The notes under the pieces: model-generated
Database searches by the model: none
What the model was told of the DNA's origin: nothing
The model's input: only the letters and a program-made list of their open reading frames with translations
Position numbers and translations under genes: made by a program
From: Ginglymostoma cirratum
Lineage: Eukaryota
Assembly (NCBI GenBank): GCA_024137785.1
Contig: JAHRHZ010000062.1
Location: 30,879,816-30,943,815 of the forward strand
DNA length: 64,000 nucleotides
Direction: 5' to 3'
Part shown: positions 25,951 to 39,599 of the stretch, in pieces
How the letters are laid out: every line of letters starts with the position of its first letter
Numbering within the stretch: position 1 is the stretch's first letter

Positions 25951-26320
25951 GAGTATAGGTAGGACATCAGGCAATACGAAGTTCAATGCTCATCCAGTTA
26001 GGAATGATCCAACCAATCAATGTGGATAGATGGTTAAAAGGGTTTGACAGGATAGGTGGAGAGAATCTTTTTCTAGAAGGACTGCAGAACTGGGAGGGGA
26101 ACAACTTTAAAGTTAATTGCTTAATGACAATGTCAAGGAGCGCTTCGTCACACAAAGGATTCTGGGAAACTACAACTGTCCTCTCTCCCAAACCTGCCAA
26201 ACTAGGTCAATTTAAAAATTTTAAACTACCATTAGGTCAGCTTTGGAATACAGACCAAGGTAGATAAATAGGCTAAAGTTGCAGATCAATTGTGATCTAA
26301 TTAATTGCTTGCTAACATAG
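25950..26320 (+). mobile_element. Old CR1 3' fragment
   Basis: ORF 25986..26267 LKGFDRIGGENLF......G.N.K.......F..W..L. Confidence 0.6.
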
Positions 26321-26717
26321 AACTTGTGTATTGCTGAAAAAAGGTGTCCTGTGGAAGTTTTTTGTCTTTCAGTTACAAAAAAACTTTCAAATGGAACAAC
26401 AAATAATACTGTATCAGAAACAAGGTGCTGATTAGGTTGGCAAGTGAAGTCTGATTGGTTGATGCAATGCCATGGTAAAAGCCTTGACAGTGTGTCCCAT
26501 TTGTCAGCAATATCATTTATTTGAGTCGTGTAGAAGGCTCATGGAATTCCTATGGACTATTCCTATTGGTATACTTCTACTAATGTTTATTAGTCAGAAT
26601 TAAATATGTTTTAAATCATTTTTCAGTTTTGTTTTCTTTCCACCAATTTCAGAACAGCAAACCAGCCATAAATGTATAGGGAAAGATCTCACAGTAGTAT
26701 TGTCACTGATCTGGGTG

Positions 26718-26930
26718 GGGGTCTGGTAGCTTAGTTGGCTGGAAGACTGGTTTGTAATGCAGAGTGACACCAACAGCACGAGTTCAATTCCCGTACCAAC
26801 TGATGTTACCATGAAGGCCTCTCTTTCTCAACCTCTCCCCTTGCCGGAGGTGCAGTGACCCTCAGGTTAAACTACCACCAGTCAGCTCTCTGTAATGATA
26901 GAACAACCTGACGGTCTGGTAGGGCGAAGT
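26718..26930 (+). mobile_element. tRNA-derived SINE (second family), near complete
   Basis: TAGCTTAGTTGG (A box), AGTTCAATTCC (B box), CCTCAGGTTAAACTACCACCAG body. Confidence 0.8.
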
Positions 26931-26934
26931 GAAT

Positions 26935-29900
26935 GGGTGCTGTTCGTCATAACCTTAATATTATCACATGACACCAGGTTGAACACGAATAAGGAAACGT
27001 CATGATGATTACTAACTGTAGTACCCGACCACAGCCTCAGATAATGAATCAGTGTTCCTCCATATTGAACACCACTAGGAAGAAGCAGCAATATTAGAAA
27101 GGACACAGAATGAATGGTATTTTCACCATTCATCACAAAGGATGGCTCAGCAGCACCAGTCAGACTGAGGTGGTTAAGCCCTGAAAGGTATATCCATATG
27201 ACTGGGCTCGCAGAAGTGGCACAAGAGCCAAACAAGAATGAACAATCTACTTGAACATGTCTTCAGTAATTTAAATTTCCATAACAGTACTGATCATCAG
27301 ATTTCCATGTGGAAATAAAGTCCCATCCTCATAATGAGGATAACCTTCACAATGTATATGACAGTACCACCAGTTTTAGCGGCTCAAATTTGGCCCACAG
27401 TGCCTAATGGACAACCACAGAAGACAACCATATTGCATGCCATAGACAGAGCAAAGAGACCTCACAACCAATGGACTAGATCAAAGATCTACAGTCCTGT
27501 CACATCAAGTCGTAAATAGAGGTGGACAATTCAACAACTAACTGGAGGAGAAGTGTCAACAAATCCACAAAGATAGCAGAGCGGAGATCAGCATGGAAAA
27601 AAGGCAAGGCTGAAACATGTGCAATTACCTTCAGCTAGAAATGTCAAATCGCCCAAGACAGATGACAATCTTCAGTCACTTTGATTCACTCCATGTGACA
27701 TTAAGAATGTGTGAAGGCACTGGGTATGGCAAAGGCAATGAGCCCTGATTGCATTCCTGCTGCAAAAGCAGAGATATGTTCCAAAGCCAACTATACCCCT
27801 AGTCAAGTTGTTCCAGGACAGATATAACAAGTGAACTGGCTGTTGGGAGAGTGCAGGTCTCTGTCACAATTATGCAACACAGATTCGAGCCTTTTCCTGC
27901 TTGGCTGATGCTCTGAAACTACAAAGCTAAGAAAAATCTTTACCAAATAATTCCCTCTGACTAAGAAGACTTTAGGCAATTCTGCATCAACAATCTGCTC
28001 TGAAAGCTCTGCTCAAATTCTGACAGCTGTGACAAATTGCACTACAGCAGCTGAAACAATCAACAGGTTAAAATAATCGAAAGCCTCCTCAGTAAATAAC
28101 CCACAACATCCTTTTAAAAAGTCAGTTTGCCCCATTTGACAGAATCTTTTTAAAAATTCGAAGATCCTGATCTACATCTCTGCCAAAAACTAAGCAATTC
28201 TGTAGTGGGCCATACTCCATCAATGCACCAAGCTTTATTGAAATCTAACATTTAGTTTTTGAGATAAGTCATTTCTAAACAGAGTAACAAACAATAATAG
28301 AGCTAATAAGGGAAGCCACTCAACAAAGTGTAAAATCACCAAGGTTTATCCTTTGCACAAAATGCAAGATAAATCCATACAGCCTATTACCAAAGGTGTC
28401 TACTTTTAAACTTCAGCAAAATGATGGATGGTGTCACTGCGACAATGGCATTAAATAGCTATTACTTAGTTCTCCAATGCTTAATATTGGTTCTGTCAGC
28501 ATCATCATGTTCCAGATCTCATTACAGCTTATGACCAAATATGTATAAAAGAGCTGAACTCTTCTATGATTTGAGAATGACTGCTCTTGTCAGCAAGGCA
28601 TAATTTGACTAAATGTGGTATGAAGAAACCCTACCAAAATTGATGTCAAGCAGAATTGGGCCATACCACTCCATCAAGTGGAGCTATAGCACAAAGAAAG
28701 ATCATTGTGGAGGCCAAGTACTGGAGCCATAGGACATTGCTGCAGGAGCTCCTCAAGGCAATACCCGTGCTCAACCATCTTCAATTCTTCATCAACAACT
28801 TTCCCTCCACAGTAAAATCAGAAGGCAGGGTGTCTGTTTATGGCTGCACAGTGGTTGGTATCATTTGTTATTCTAGTAACACTGGAAATGTCCAAACCAA
28901 ATGTACAATACTTTGACTTGGGCAGATAAATGGCACAAAACATTTGTGATACACAAGCATCAGACAATGACTGTGTCCAACAAGAGAGAATTTAACCATT
29001 TCTACCTGATTTTCAGTGGCCATTACCATCACTGAATCTCAAAACATTAACATATGCTTGCTCATCACCAAACTGAAATGGTTCAGCAACCTACATACCG
29101 TGACTAAGTACTGTGAGCAGGTCAAAGACTGGAAATTCTGAGGTAGGCAGGTTTCCTGACCTCCTAAAGCATATGCACAACTACATGGCACAAGTTGGAA
29201 ATGTAATGGAATTTTCCCCACTTCTGTGATCCCAGATAAGACCTACAATTTGGTTAAAATCCTGGGTAGCGACCAGTAGAGCAGTCAAAATTTGAAAACC
29301 CACTTGCTTACGAAGAGGATAAAGCCATACGATTCCATGAGTTTAAACATCAGAAGATATTTTACTATATAATAATCAGCAAAGCAGTTAAAATTTTCTG
29401 TCTCATATTCTAACATGTAGAATTAACAGGAGATAAATATGAAACAACAGGCAAACTATGGTCAAACAAACTACACATAAAATGACAGATACAACAAAGA
29501 CAGATCCCTCAAGTTTCTCAGCAACCTAACCAGACATCAGCAAATAGCTGAATCACAAAATCCTTTAAAACTCTTGTTCAAGGGATTTCAGCTACTCTTT
29601 TTGAAAGACCTAACCACTTATTCCTCTCAAAAGCCACTCAAACTCAGCCTGCCTTAATGATTGCTCACTTCCCAGTGCTCAATCCCTTCTCTTACTACAA
29701 TTTCCCACTAGTTTAATTAGATTGCACCATAGCACCTAGTTCCAGCACTCTAGCTATTCTGAGCAGAACTCTATTAGTCACAGGCTTTCTTTTGACCCAA
29801 CTGCTAATCGCAATTACTGTATATAGGCCTCTAATTTCAGGGAGCTACCCACACCCCTTCATCTACATGGTACTGACAACCTTTGGCTGCCTTTCCTGCT

Positions 29901-30590
29901 CTGAACTGATAGAACAAGCATTCTTTCAAGTTTACCGAGCTGATATTGCTCCCCGAAGGTTGCTCTTCATGCTACCCTTTGAACTGATCTGTGACATTCA
30001 ATCTCCCAAGCAGTAGGGCCTGATGTATTAAGCTTCTCTACCTTACAACCTCCAGCCAACCCATGGTCATTCCCTACAATTGAGCTGGCTCCACACCAAA
30101 ACATCAGAGTCAAAAATCTAGAAAATGTGCCTTCCCTCAGTCAGATAAATAGAACTTCAATAACACCCAAGAAAATTGACACCATCCAGGACAAAGCAGC
30201 TCAATAGATAGGCACCCCACACACTTAAATATGCACACACGCCATCACTGAGGCACAGTGATAGTTGTGTGTGCCATCTACAAGATGGACTTCAGTGATT
30301 CATTTTAAGTTCTTAGCATAGCACGTTCCAAACCGGCAATCCGTTGTAGCATGTAGGATAAGGGCAGGGAACAGGAAGTTCCTCTCCCAGCCATGAAGAA
30401 TCTGGTTGAACTATACTGCTGTTCCCTCACTTTCACCGAAAACTCTGTTCCTAACAGCATTACTGAGGTAGCTACAACTGCAGTGGTTCGTGGCAGTAGT
30501 TCATGATCACCTTCTCAGAGGCAATTAGAGATGGGCAACAAATCCTTACTTCGCTAGCCATGCTCAAGTATCACCAACTTTTAAAAAAAA
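26935..30590 (+). mobile_element. Long decayed CR1-group LINE (APE endonuclease to RT to 3' tail), interrupted by insertions at about 27830-28330 and 29225-30143
   Basis: Endonuclease-like remnants (ESV.LHIEHH.EEA), RT PQG and FIN..PS remnants, LDTIQDKAA at about 30180, tail GGCAATTAGAGATGGGCAACAAAT and an A-run. Confidence 0.75.
29225..30143. mobile_element. Probable solo LTR inserted into the LINE
   Basis: Begins TGTGAT and ends in CA; LINE sequence resumes after it; TSD not clear. Confidence 0.5.
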
Positions 30591-31639
30591 AATGTATTTT
30601 TCACTTCTGAGAGGAACTCCTGTGTAATTTAGTTTCTTCCTGAATGACACAATGCTAGCAATATGCATTCTGTACTGGAAGTGCCAAGCCTGAAGGAACA
30701 AGATTTCTTGAACAGGGCTGAAATGTGCAGTTCCAGCTTTTTAAAATGGCACTAGAACTCCCCTTTGACAAATTGGATATTGTCTACAGGGAGTTGTTCA
30801 GATATAGAAATTTTCCTCAAAATATCAAGCATGTAAAGAGGAGACTTTATATCAGTTGATATGTCTTGACTGGTAGTAGTGCAGCAAAAAAGTTGAAATC
30901 AAACAAATTAGTCCAGTACAAAAACAAAATAAATGCGCTGTGTAAAGTAAACATTATGTTTAAATGAAAATCTCCTGAAAGATACAAGACACACAGCTTA
31001 GAACTATTTTCAAGAAATTGAGAGGAATCAGTTTTAGTTACTGATTGGCTCAATATCTAGTTCCTGTGCCTGATTGTCTTGGGTCTTGGGTTTCATGGTC
31101 AACAGGCCAGTGAGCTGCAGACACATAATAGGCATCCTGAAACAGCTCTCTGTTGAAGAACAATGGAAGGTTGTGCCATGCTCATTGATAAATCAGATGA
31201 TTTTAAATAGAATATTGGCAGATATTGGAACAAATTGTTGCAACAGCTTTTGTTACCAAGTCCAACGTCAAAAAAATTACATTTAAAGTCAAATTCCATT
31301 TTTTTAAAAATTGCTATTGGATTTGACTTTAGAAATTATATTGACTAATTTTAATTGAATTTTTAGAAAAGTATTTATTAACTTGATATAGAGTCCTTGA
31401 ATTAGCAAGGCTATTGCCTTCTTATATTTTGGCAACAAAACTTGGAACAAACATCTTCAATGTTTAAATCTAAATGTTTAAATTTTTATTCATCTCAGTT
31501 TCAATCCTTTTTCAGTCTTGATCAGCTTAAGTAGCTTCAGAAAGAATAAATTACAGAATTGTTTTTATTTCAAACTGCCTGCCTGAGCCAATTTTCAGTC
31601 AGTGATTATCTTTCTTTGAGTAAAAGTAGACCACATTAC

Positions 31640-31756
31640 CTGTCCTCTACTTGTTTTGCTGTGTTCTGGATGCTGACTTTTTTCTCTTCCATTTTCAGTG
31701 ATAATTCCTCCAAAATCATCTTCTGATTTTGTAAAGCATCTTCCAGATATTTGAAA
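31640..31756 (-). CDS. TRIM66: TRIM66 exon: coiled coil 1 (FKYLEDALQNQKMILEELSLKMEEKKVSIQNTAKQVEDR)
   Basis: tcacag|T...GACAG|gtaatg; 117 nt, phase 2 to 2. Confidence 0.95.
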
Positions 31757-31935
31757 CTGTGAGCAAGAAATAGGAAAAGCAAACTGATAGAACCAGCACC
31801 TCAGTAGCCACTGAGAAATCAGTTTGGCCCATTTATGAATTTTTATCATAAGCCTCTCCCGTAACCATAGAACTAGATCCTCCCTACAACCTGCTGGATA
31901 TTTTAAATATCTCCATTCCTGTTTCTTCTTCCTGT

Positions 31936-32592
31936 TGTTAGGGACCAGACCAAACCCCTTCAAAGGTATGAAGGAGATAGCCAAGATCCTAACGTTTATC
32001 TTATTTAAAGGCAAGTGTAAGGTGCTATGTTCCAGCTGTAATTCGATTGGTTACACTACTCGGCTTTAAGCAAAACACCTTATCCCTACCCGACAGTTAA
32101 AATACAAACAAAAGAAAGAAGATTCGGTAACTTTAACTCTCTTGGAAAACTTAACAGAATACTAGATTATTTAACAACTAAACAGCAACTGTTCTATTAG
32201 CATAACACCCTATAAATACACCTCAGCAAAGACAAATTTAGTAAAATAGATTGCATGTGAGACAATGTTTCTCTAGCCCAGGAGAATCAAAAAAAAAACA
32301 AGAAAAAATTCTGGAAAGAGAACTCAAACATTTTGTTGCAGCAGGGAGAGATATATGCCAGTCTCCACAATCATCTTCAAAACCCCAACAACTGCTGAAA
32401 GTTAAATGAAAACCCTGGTTCTTTGGGAGCCTGACTCCAGCCACTCATGCTTCCATTGTTTAAATTTAAAACAAACACTCGGGGACCTCGCAACCTGCTT
32501 ACTCTTTTGGCTTGGACCAAGCAGCTCATCACTTCTGCTTCAAAATAAAAACAGGGATAGAATACACCTCTTAAAGTCACAGTAGAAGTACA
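31936..32592 (-). mobile_element. Solo LTR (Gypsy-type, 4-bp TSD)
   Basis: TG...CA termini flanked by CTGT at 31932-31935 and 32593-32596; orientation inferred. Confidence 0.78.
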
Positions 32593-32898
32593 CTGTGCAA
32601 CTCATTTTCTTACGCTTCTTCACTTTGCTCCAACCCTCAAACCCTCAAGCATATAATTCTAATTACATTGGTCCCATTATTTACTTACCCTCTAATCTTA
32701 TTCAATCTGAATAAAAAAACATTGTTCCACCCATACACAGAAAACTGGTTGCAGCGTCACAAAAATTTCTTAAATAATTTCTTAACTCTGAGGCAAAGTA
32801 TCCTGCATTGGATTTTGATAACTAACTTATGCAGCTTTAAACTTTCAGGGAGATGGGACCTTGCAATCCTCCTGTTAGATTATCTCCCTCCACCTTAC

Positions 32899-33031
32899 CT
32901 ATGGCCTTTGTGTTGTGATAGCTGGCAATTCCAGCAGGCCAGCACATCGCAGGTCTCACAGAACAGCTTCATTGGCTCTTTACTGTGAAGTGGACAAAAG
33001 AGTGGAAACTCATCGACCTCACTTCTGTCAC
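32899..33031 (-). CDS. TRIM66: TRIM66 exon: B-box 2 ([44 protein letters not shown])
   Basis: ttacag|GT...CATAG|gtaagg; 133 nt, phase 1 to 2; canonical CPxH...LFCETCD..C..C....HK.H. Confidence 0.96.
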
Positions 33032-33839
33032 CTGTAAATTGGATAAATTAAAGCTCTCAAGATTTAAATCAATGCAGGATGCAAACATGTTTGAAAGTTA
33101 ATCAATTGAAGTAAACAACGTCAAGATATGTACTTTATTAAACGAATTGCACTCATGAGACTAGAATCCCACAGTAGAAAGTATCCAGGCCAAGAAATAC
33201 ATTGGCTGCAAAGTACTTTTCCTATCAAAACATACCAACAGTTCAAATCAACATTTGTAATTTTTCAAAGGTGCAAGAACAGAAAAGGCCGTTAATTGCT
33301 GTAAACAGTAGTCCCCCACAAGGAAGCAAGTTGTAATCTCAAACTGCAAGTGTCAGCATACAGTTCAATCAGGTGGCAAACAATTAACATTCATGCACAC
33401 AAATAATCCAATTAATTTGCTAGCCAGTATTCAGGTGCACACACACTCCTATAATCATATTTTGACCTTACCCAGGAATGACAGTCCAATAATTCCCTTT
33501 TATGATAATCAACTAAACACACTTTATGCTAGATACCTCTGTGAAGTTTGCTGGCCTCAGGTAGATTAGTTATGCATTAAGCTATGAAGGAATCCTAATT
33601 AGCATTTCTATACCAGTTTAGCGCAACAGCACTATACACAAGTTGAACTAATGCTTGGTTAATGTTTTGGAGTAACAAATAGAATTATTTGGGCAACAGA
33701 ACTACGAAAAATGACAAGTAGCTATGTCAAAGTATTAATTTTTATCAATACTACTGGAAAGTTTATTATTATTATTGACTAATGTTATGAGTAGGAAGTA
33801 AAGCTGGATTCCTGCATGACCCAATTGAAATATATACAA

Positions 33840-34690
33840 CGAAGGAGGTTACCTCAGAGTACAATGGGATCTTGATCAGATGGGCCGATGGGCCAAGGTG
33901 TTGCAGATGTAGTTTAATTTAGATAAATGTGAGGTGCTGCATTTTGGAAAGGCAAATCAGGGCAGGACTTATACACTTAATGATAAGGTGCTGGGGAGTG
34001 TTGCTGAACACAGGGAACTGGAATGCAGGTTCACAGTTCATTGAAAGTAGAGTTGCAGGTAGATAGGATAGTGAAGACGGTGTTTGGTAAGCTTGCCTTT
34101 ATTCTTCAGTGCATTGAATATAGAAGTTGAGAGGTCATGATGCAGCTGTACAGGACATTGGTTAGGCCACTTTTGGAATACTGCATGCAATTCTGGTCTC
34201 CTTGCCATAGTAAGGATATTGTGAAACTTGAAAGGGGTCAGAAAAGATTCACAAGAATGTTGGAGGGTTTCACCTCTCGGAAGAGGCTGAATAGGCTGAG
34301 GCTATTTTACCTGGAGCATCAGAGGCTGAGGGGTGACCTTATAGAGGTTTATAAAATCATGAGGGGCATGGATGGGGTAAATAGACAAGGTCTATTTCCC
34401 GGGTTGGGGGGAGTCCAAAACTCAAGGGCATAGATTTAAGGTGAGAGGGGAAAGATTTAAAAGGAACCTAAGGGGCAACATTTTCACACAGAGGGTGGTG
34501 CACGTATGGAATGCGCTGCCAGAGGAAGTGGTGGAGGGGTTATCTGGATGGGGATATGAACAGGAAGGGTTTATAGGGTTATGGGCCAAATGCTGGTGAA
34601 TGGGACTAGATTCATTTAAGATATCTGGTGGGCATGGAAGAGTTGGACCGAAGGGTCTGTTTCTGTGCTGTGTATCTCTATGACTCTATA
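33840..34690 (+). mobile_element. CR1/HER1 LINE 3' fragment
   Basis: ORF 34137..34433 LYRTLVRPLLEYC.QFWSP...LE..QKRFTRM...RLRGDLIEVYKIMRG; tail CTCTATGACTCTAT. Confidence 0.93.
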
Positions 34691-35409
34691 TCAGTCACAC
34701 AAAAAAGTTTTCTAAAACATAAAAACTCTTCAAATTTCTCATGACTTATATTTAATATTAATGTAAAATCCCAGAGCATTATCAAACAAAATCTGACACC
34801 AAGCCATATAAGAAACCTACAGGGCTGTGAAAGAAGACTTTGCAGTACCAATGGTGTCTGCACCATGCAAGTTGGAAACTCCAAAAATGCAGGCTCCCTA
34901 CAAGGCACATTCTGACTGTTTAGAGACCAGCATGGGCGCATCATGCATGCGCTGGAAGCACACAGACCGGATGGATCATGAAATTAAATAGCATCTAAGT
35001 GTTAGTTTTGGCATATGATTTTGATTATTTATGTTGGTGTAGAATTAGTGGTAGTATTGTGTCTGTATCGTTGGAGTTTTACAACAAATGGATTTACTAG
35101 GCAGTGGAGGTCGGAGGAGTTGGTAGGCCCCATCAGCAAAACACCTGCCTCAATAATAGGCCTTAAGTGAGCCTCTACAGGTTGTCAATGGTCATTTTGT
35201 TAATCTGAAATAGTGAAAACGTGAGAGAGATGCAGTGCAATTTCTATACTCTATATTTTCATACAGAAAAAAACTGATTAGCTAGATAATTGAGGGGTTT
35301 GGAAGCAACAACAGATACATGCAGGTCAATCGTAATCTTAAAACAAATTCAACATATTATTTAAATTCCATATTAGTAAATAGGTCATGTGATGAAAAGT
35401 TCATCTAGA

Positions 35410-36415
35410 GGGTCATGGTGATGGGTTGTTTGTCAGACTGGAAGCCTTTGACCAGTGGTCTTCCACAGGGATCGGTGCTGGATCTACTTTTGTTTGTCAT
35501 TTATATAAATGATTTGGATGAAAATATAGGAGGCATGATTAGTAAGTTTGCAAATGACACTAAAGCTGGTAGTATAGTGGACAGTGAAGAAGGTTATCTA
35601 ACAGTACAAAGATCTTGATCAATTGGGTCAATGGGCTATGGAGTGGCAGATGGAGTTAATTTGGATAAATGTGAGGTATTGCATTTTGGTAAAACAAAGG
35701 CTGGACTTATGCAATTCATGGTATGGCCCTGAGTAGTGTTGTAGAATAGACAGACCTAGGGGTTCACATATATAATTCTTTGAAATTTGCATCACAGGTA
35801 GACAGGATGGTTAAGAAGGTGTTCAGCACGCTTGCCTTCATTGTTCATTCCTATGATGTCATGTTGAGGTTGTACAGGATGTTGGTGAGGCCTCTTCAGG
35901 AGGTGTGCGCAGTTCTGGTTGCCCTGTTATAGGAAGGATATTATTAAATTGGAGAGGGTTCAGAAGATTTACCAAGATGTTGATGGGAATGGAGAGTTTG
36001 TGTTATAAAGTAGGCTGGATAGACTGGGACATTTTTAACTGGAGCATTGGAGGTTGAAGGGTGACCTTATATTGGTTTTTATATAAGGTGAATAGCAAAG
36101 GTCTTTGCCCTAAAGTGGGAGAGTTCATAACTAGGGGGCATATTTTTAAGGTGAGAGGAGAAAGTTTTAAAAAGGACTTGAGAGGCAACTTTTTGATGCA
36201 GAGACTGGGTACTGTGTGGAATGATCTTCCTAAGGAAGTGGTGGATGCTGGTACAGCTACAACATTTAAAAGACATTTGGACAAGTACACGAATAGGAAA
36301 GGTTTGGAGGGAGCTGGGCCAAATTCAGACAGGTGGGAATAGTTTAGTTTGGGAACATGATTAGCGGGGACTAGTTGGATTGAAAGGTCTGTATTCATGC
36401 TGTATGACTGTGTCT
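35410..36415 (+). mobile_element. CR1/HER1 LINE 3' fragment
   Basis: SG.PQGSVL..LLFVIYINDLD...SKFA.DTK; TRGH.FKVRGE; tail CTGTATGACT. Confidence 0.93.
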
Positions 36416-36990
36416 CAACGTTCATTTTTGACGTGAGAAAAACATTGCAGGGATTTTATTTTTGAGGTTGTTATCTGGAAAAGCTAAAGTTACTATAAAA
36501 AGTGAAGACAATTAACATGGCTAAATGATGTAATGAAATGAACAAATCTAACACCTCACAAAAATCCCTGGTCACAAGATAGTAAGATATGTACTACAGT
36601 ACCCACAAAAGAAATCAGTCAGTCAGTCACTGCAACACAAAATGCTGAGAAAGAAGTGAATGAAAGACGCACAGTCATTGCAACACTGAGTACTAACTCA
36701 ATCAAATAAAGTTTTTCAAATTCATCACAGCTACAAAAGTTTAATCCATCCAGTTTGTCCTGAGGCGAATTGTAGGATTAGTGGGTTAACTAACATTTCA
36801 TGATTGACTTAGTTTAATTATTTTCACACAATTAAAATAAAATTCATTGATCAACTATTATTGTTCTACCTACATATAGGCAATGCAGAGATTAGTACTC
36901 CAACATCACGTGACTTTACTCAGCTTCATGTGGATTGAGAAATGTACCATGAGATTGAGAGCAGAGTAAAGACAATAGTCTAACATTTTA

Positions 36991-37225
36991 CGAACATAAA
37001 CAAAGTTGCTGGAAAAGCTCAGCAGGTCTGGCCGCATCTGTCGAGAAAACAGTTAACATTTTGGGTCCGGTGACCCTTCCTCAGGACAGTTCTGCGGAAG
37101 GGTCACCAGACCCAAAACGTTAACTGTTTTTTTCCTTCACAGTTGCTGCCAGACCTGCTGAGCTTTACCATGAACTTTGTTTTTGTTCCTGATTTACAGC
37201 ATCTGCAGTTCTTTTGGTTTTTATT
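36991..37225. mobile_element. Penelope-derived fold-back element with two opposite hammerhead motifs
   Basis: Long inverted arms centred at about 37087; TSD TAGTCTAA(C/T)ATTTTA at 36976-36990 and 37226-37240. Confidence 0.88.
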
Positions 37226-38204
37226 TAGTCTAATATTTTAGACTTACAGCTGTAAGGCTAAGGGGTATGTATTTTTCTTCCAAATAAGACAGAGATGATA
37301 CACCCACCAGCTTTTTAGCCCACAGCAAGGAATCAGATTGACAGCTACATAGGTATAGTACTGGTGTATTAAAAACAGAATAGCAATCGACTAAATTAAA
37401 TCTTTGTATTAGAGATAACTTTGTAACAATGTATTCAAGTTTGTTATTATTAAATTTAGCATATCCCAGATTAACAATTTGTGAAATTAATATGCCTCCT
37501 GATCTTCTGCATTAAAGGTAACATAAGGGAACATAAATTGTTTTCAAGATTTCCACACAGCAGAAGCAAAAATCTAGGAAAAAGGAAAGATTGGTGTTAA
37601 GCAAGTGATTTAACATAAATTGTACCACTGAATGGAAGATTGAACGTATCATAAAAAAATTATATTAAGACTCACATGGTCTGGCATTCTCAAACATTTA
37701 AAGGGGGACGGTTACTTGAAATTAAAAGGGATTCTGGAAAATAATAAAATGTATGCGCGCAGTGTCAGTGGTTTTCATGCATAGAAAGAAGATTGTTAGT
37801 GTTTTGAAGGAGTAAATGAAATATTTAATTTGGACAAATTTTCGTACTGACATATCAAATATCTAGTTTGTGTTATCAAGTAATTTTTTTTTATAAAAAG
37901 GGGGTTATTTCCGAGAAAGAACAAAGTATGATTTTGCCTGAATCAAGCAGAAACTTCTCCTTTAAGACATTATAAGAATTTGTTTCATTGGAATGCAAAT
38001 TTCTCCAGGGCACAGGAATGAGATAGGACGGTGACTTGTTGAATTGTAAAACTGGATGAGAGCAAGTGATTAAGGGTAGAGAGTAGGTGGCAGAAGAAGC
38101 CAAACAATATCAGAATAATAGGCTGTTATGGCAATTCAGGTCAACATGTATTTTAGTGAAAGGGAAGTATAGACAAGAGCACTAAACTGATAGCGTTCTC
38201 TTGG

Positions 38205-39010
38205 TGATAGAGTCACAGAGTTATACAGCATGGAAACAGATCATTCAGTCCAACTTGTCGATGCCGACCAGATATCCCAAACTGATGTAGTCCCATTTAC
38301 CATGCCAGCATTTGGCCCATATCCCTCTAAAGCCTTCCTATCCTGATTCAGACGCCTTTTAAATGTTGTAATTGTACACATCTCCACCACTTCCTTTGGC
38401 AGCTCATTTCATGTACACACCATTCTCTGTGTGAAAACGTTGCACCTCAGGTCCCTTTCAAATCTCTCCCCCTCACTTTAAACCTATGCCTTCCAGTTTT
38501 GGACTCTCTAACCCTGGGAAAAAGACCTTGGCTATTCAACCTATCCATGCCCCTCATAGTTTTCTCAACCTCTATAAAAGGTCACCCTCAATCTCTGACA
38601 CTCCAGGGGAGAAAAGCTCCAGCCTATACAGCCTCTCCCTCCTTGTAAATCCTTTCTGTCTCCTTTCAAGTTTAACAACATCTTTCGTACAGCAGGGAGA
38701 CCAGAATTGAAAACCATACTCTAAAAGTGGCCTAACCAATGACCTGTCCAGTCACAACATGACATCCCAACTCCTATACTCAATGCACTGACCATCAAAG
38801 ACAAGTTTGCCAATGGCTTTTTCACCGCACTGTCTACCCCTGATTCCACTTTCAAGGCACTATGCACCTGCACCTCTAGGTCCTTTGTTCAGCAACACTC
38901 CCTAGGCCCCTGTGATTAAGTATACAAACCCTGACCTGACTTTTCCTTACTAAAAATGCCGCATCTCATGCTTATCTAAATCAAACTGCAACTGTCACTC
39001 CATGGCCCAT
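38205..39010 (-). mobile_element. CR1/HER1 LINE 3' fragment
   Basis: Reverse complement of the 33840 copy: ATACAGCATGGAAACAGA tail, CCACCACTTCCT, GACCAGAATTG. Confidence 0.9.
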
Positions 39011-39599
39011 GGTGATGTCTTTGTCTTTCCTTTTAAGAAAACTGAATTTGATGATTGAGCCACCACCCAAGGCATCAGGACCATATGCAGAGACATAAGT
39101 AAAGCCTCAGATTGTTTTGATAAGATCATGCGAGAATCAAGATGTGTGGCATGGTATTGGGATATTGCATTAGTGTACAAGGATATTCTGAGACTAGTCC
39201 AAAAAGTACTGGTACAAAGTAGTGGAAATATTGCACTAAAGAACAGGTTTCAATCATGTGCTCCTATTTGATAAACAGCATGGCAAAAAATGGTTAATAT
39301 GGCTAGTAATGTACAAAAATGATTAATGTGGCTAGTGATGTACAAATACATCTTAACTTACAAGACAATGACACTACTCCCTGGCAAAACTGACCACAAA
39401 ACAATCCAGAAAGAGTAAAAAATGAGTGAAATTGCAAGAGGGAGCAAGAAGAATTTAGATTTAAACAATCAAGGGTTTTGGGATTGGAACACTTAGTAAG
39501 AAGTATCCTCAAGACGAATACAGATTAAAGAAAACTGGAAAAATTTAAGTCCACGTTTCATGTTATTTTATTGTTATTGAGTGAGGCAATCTACAGATG

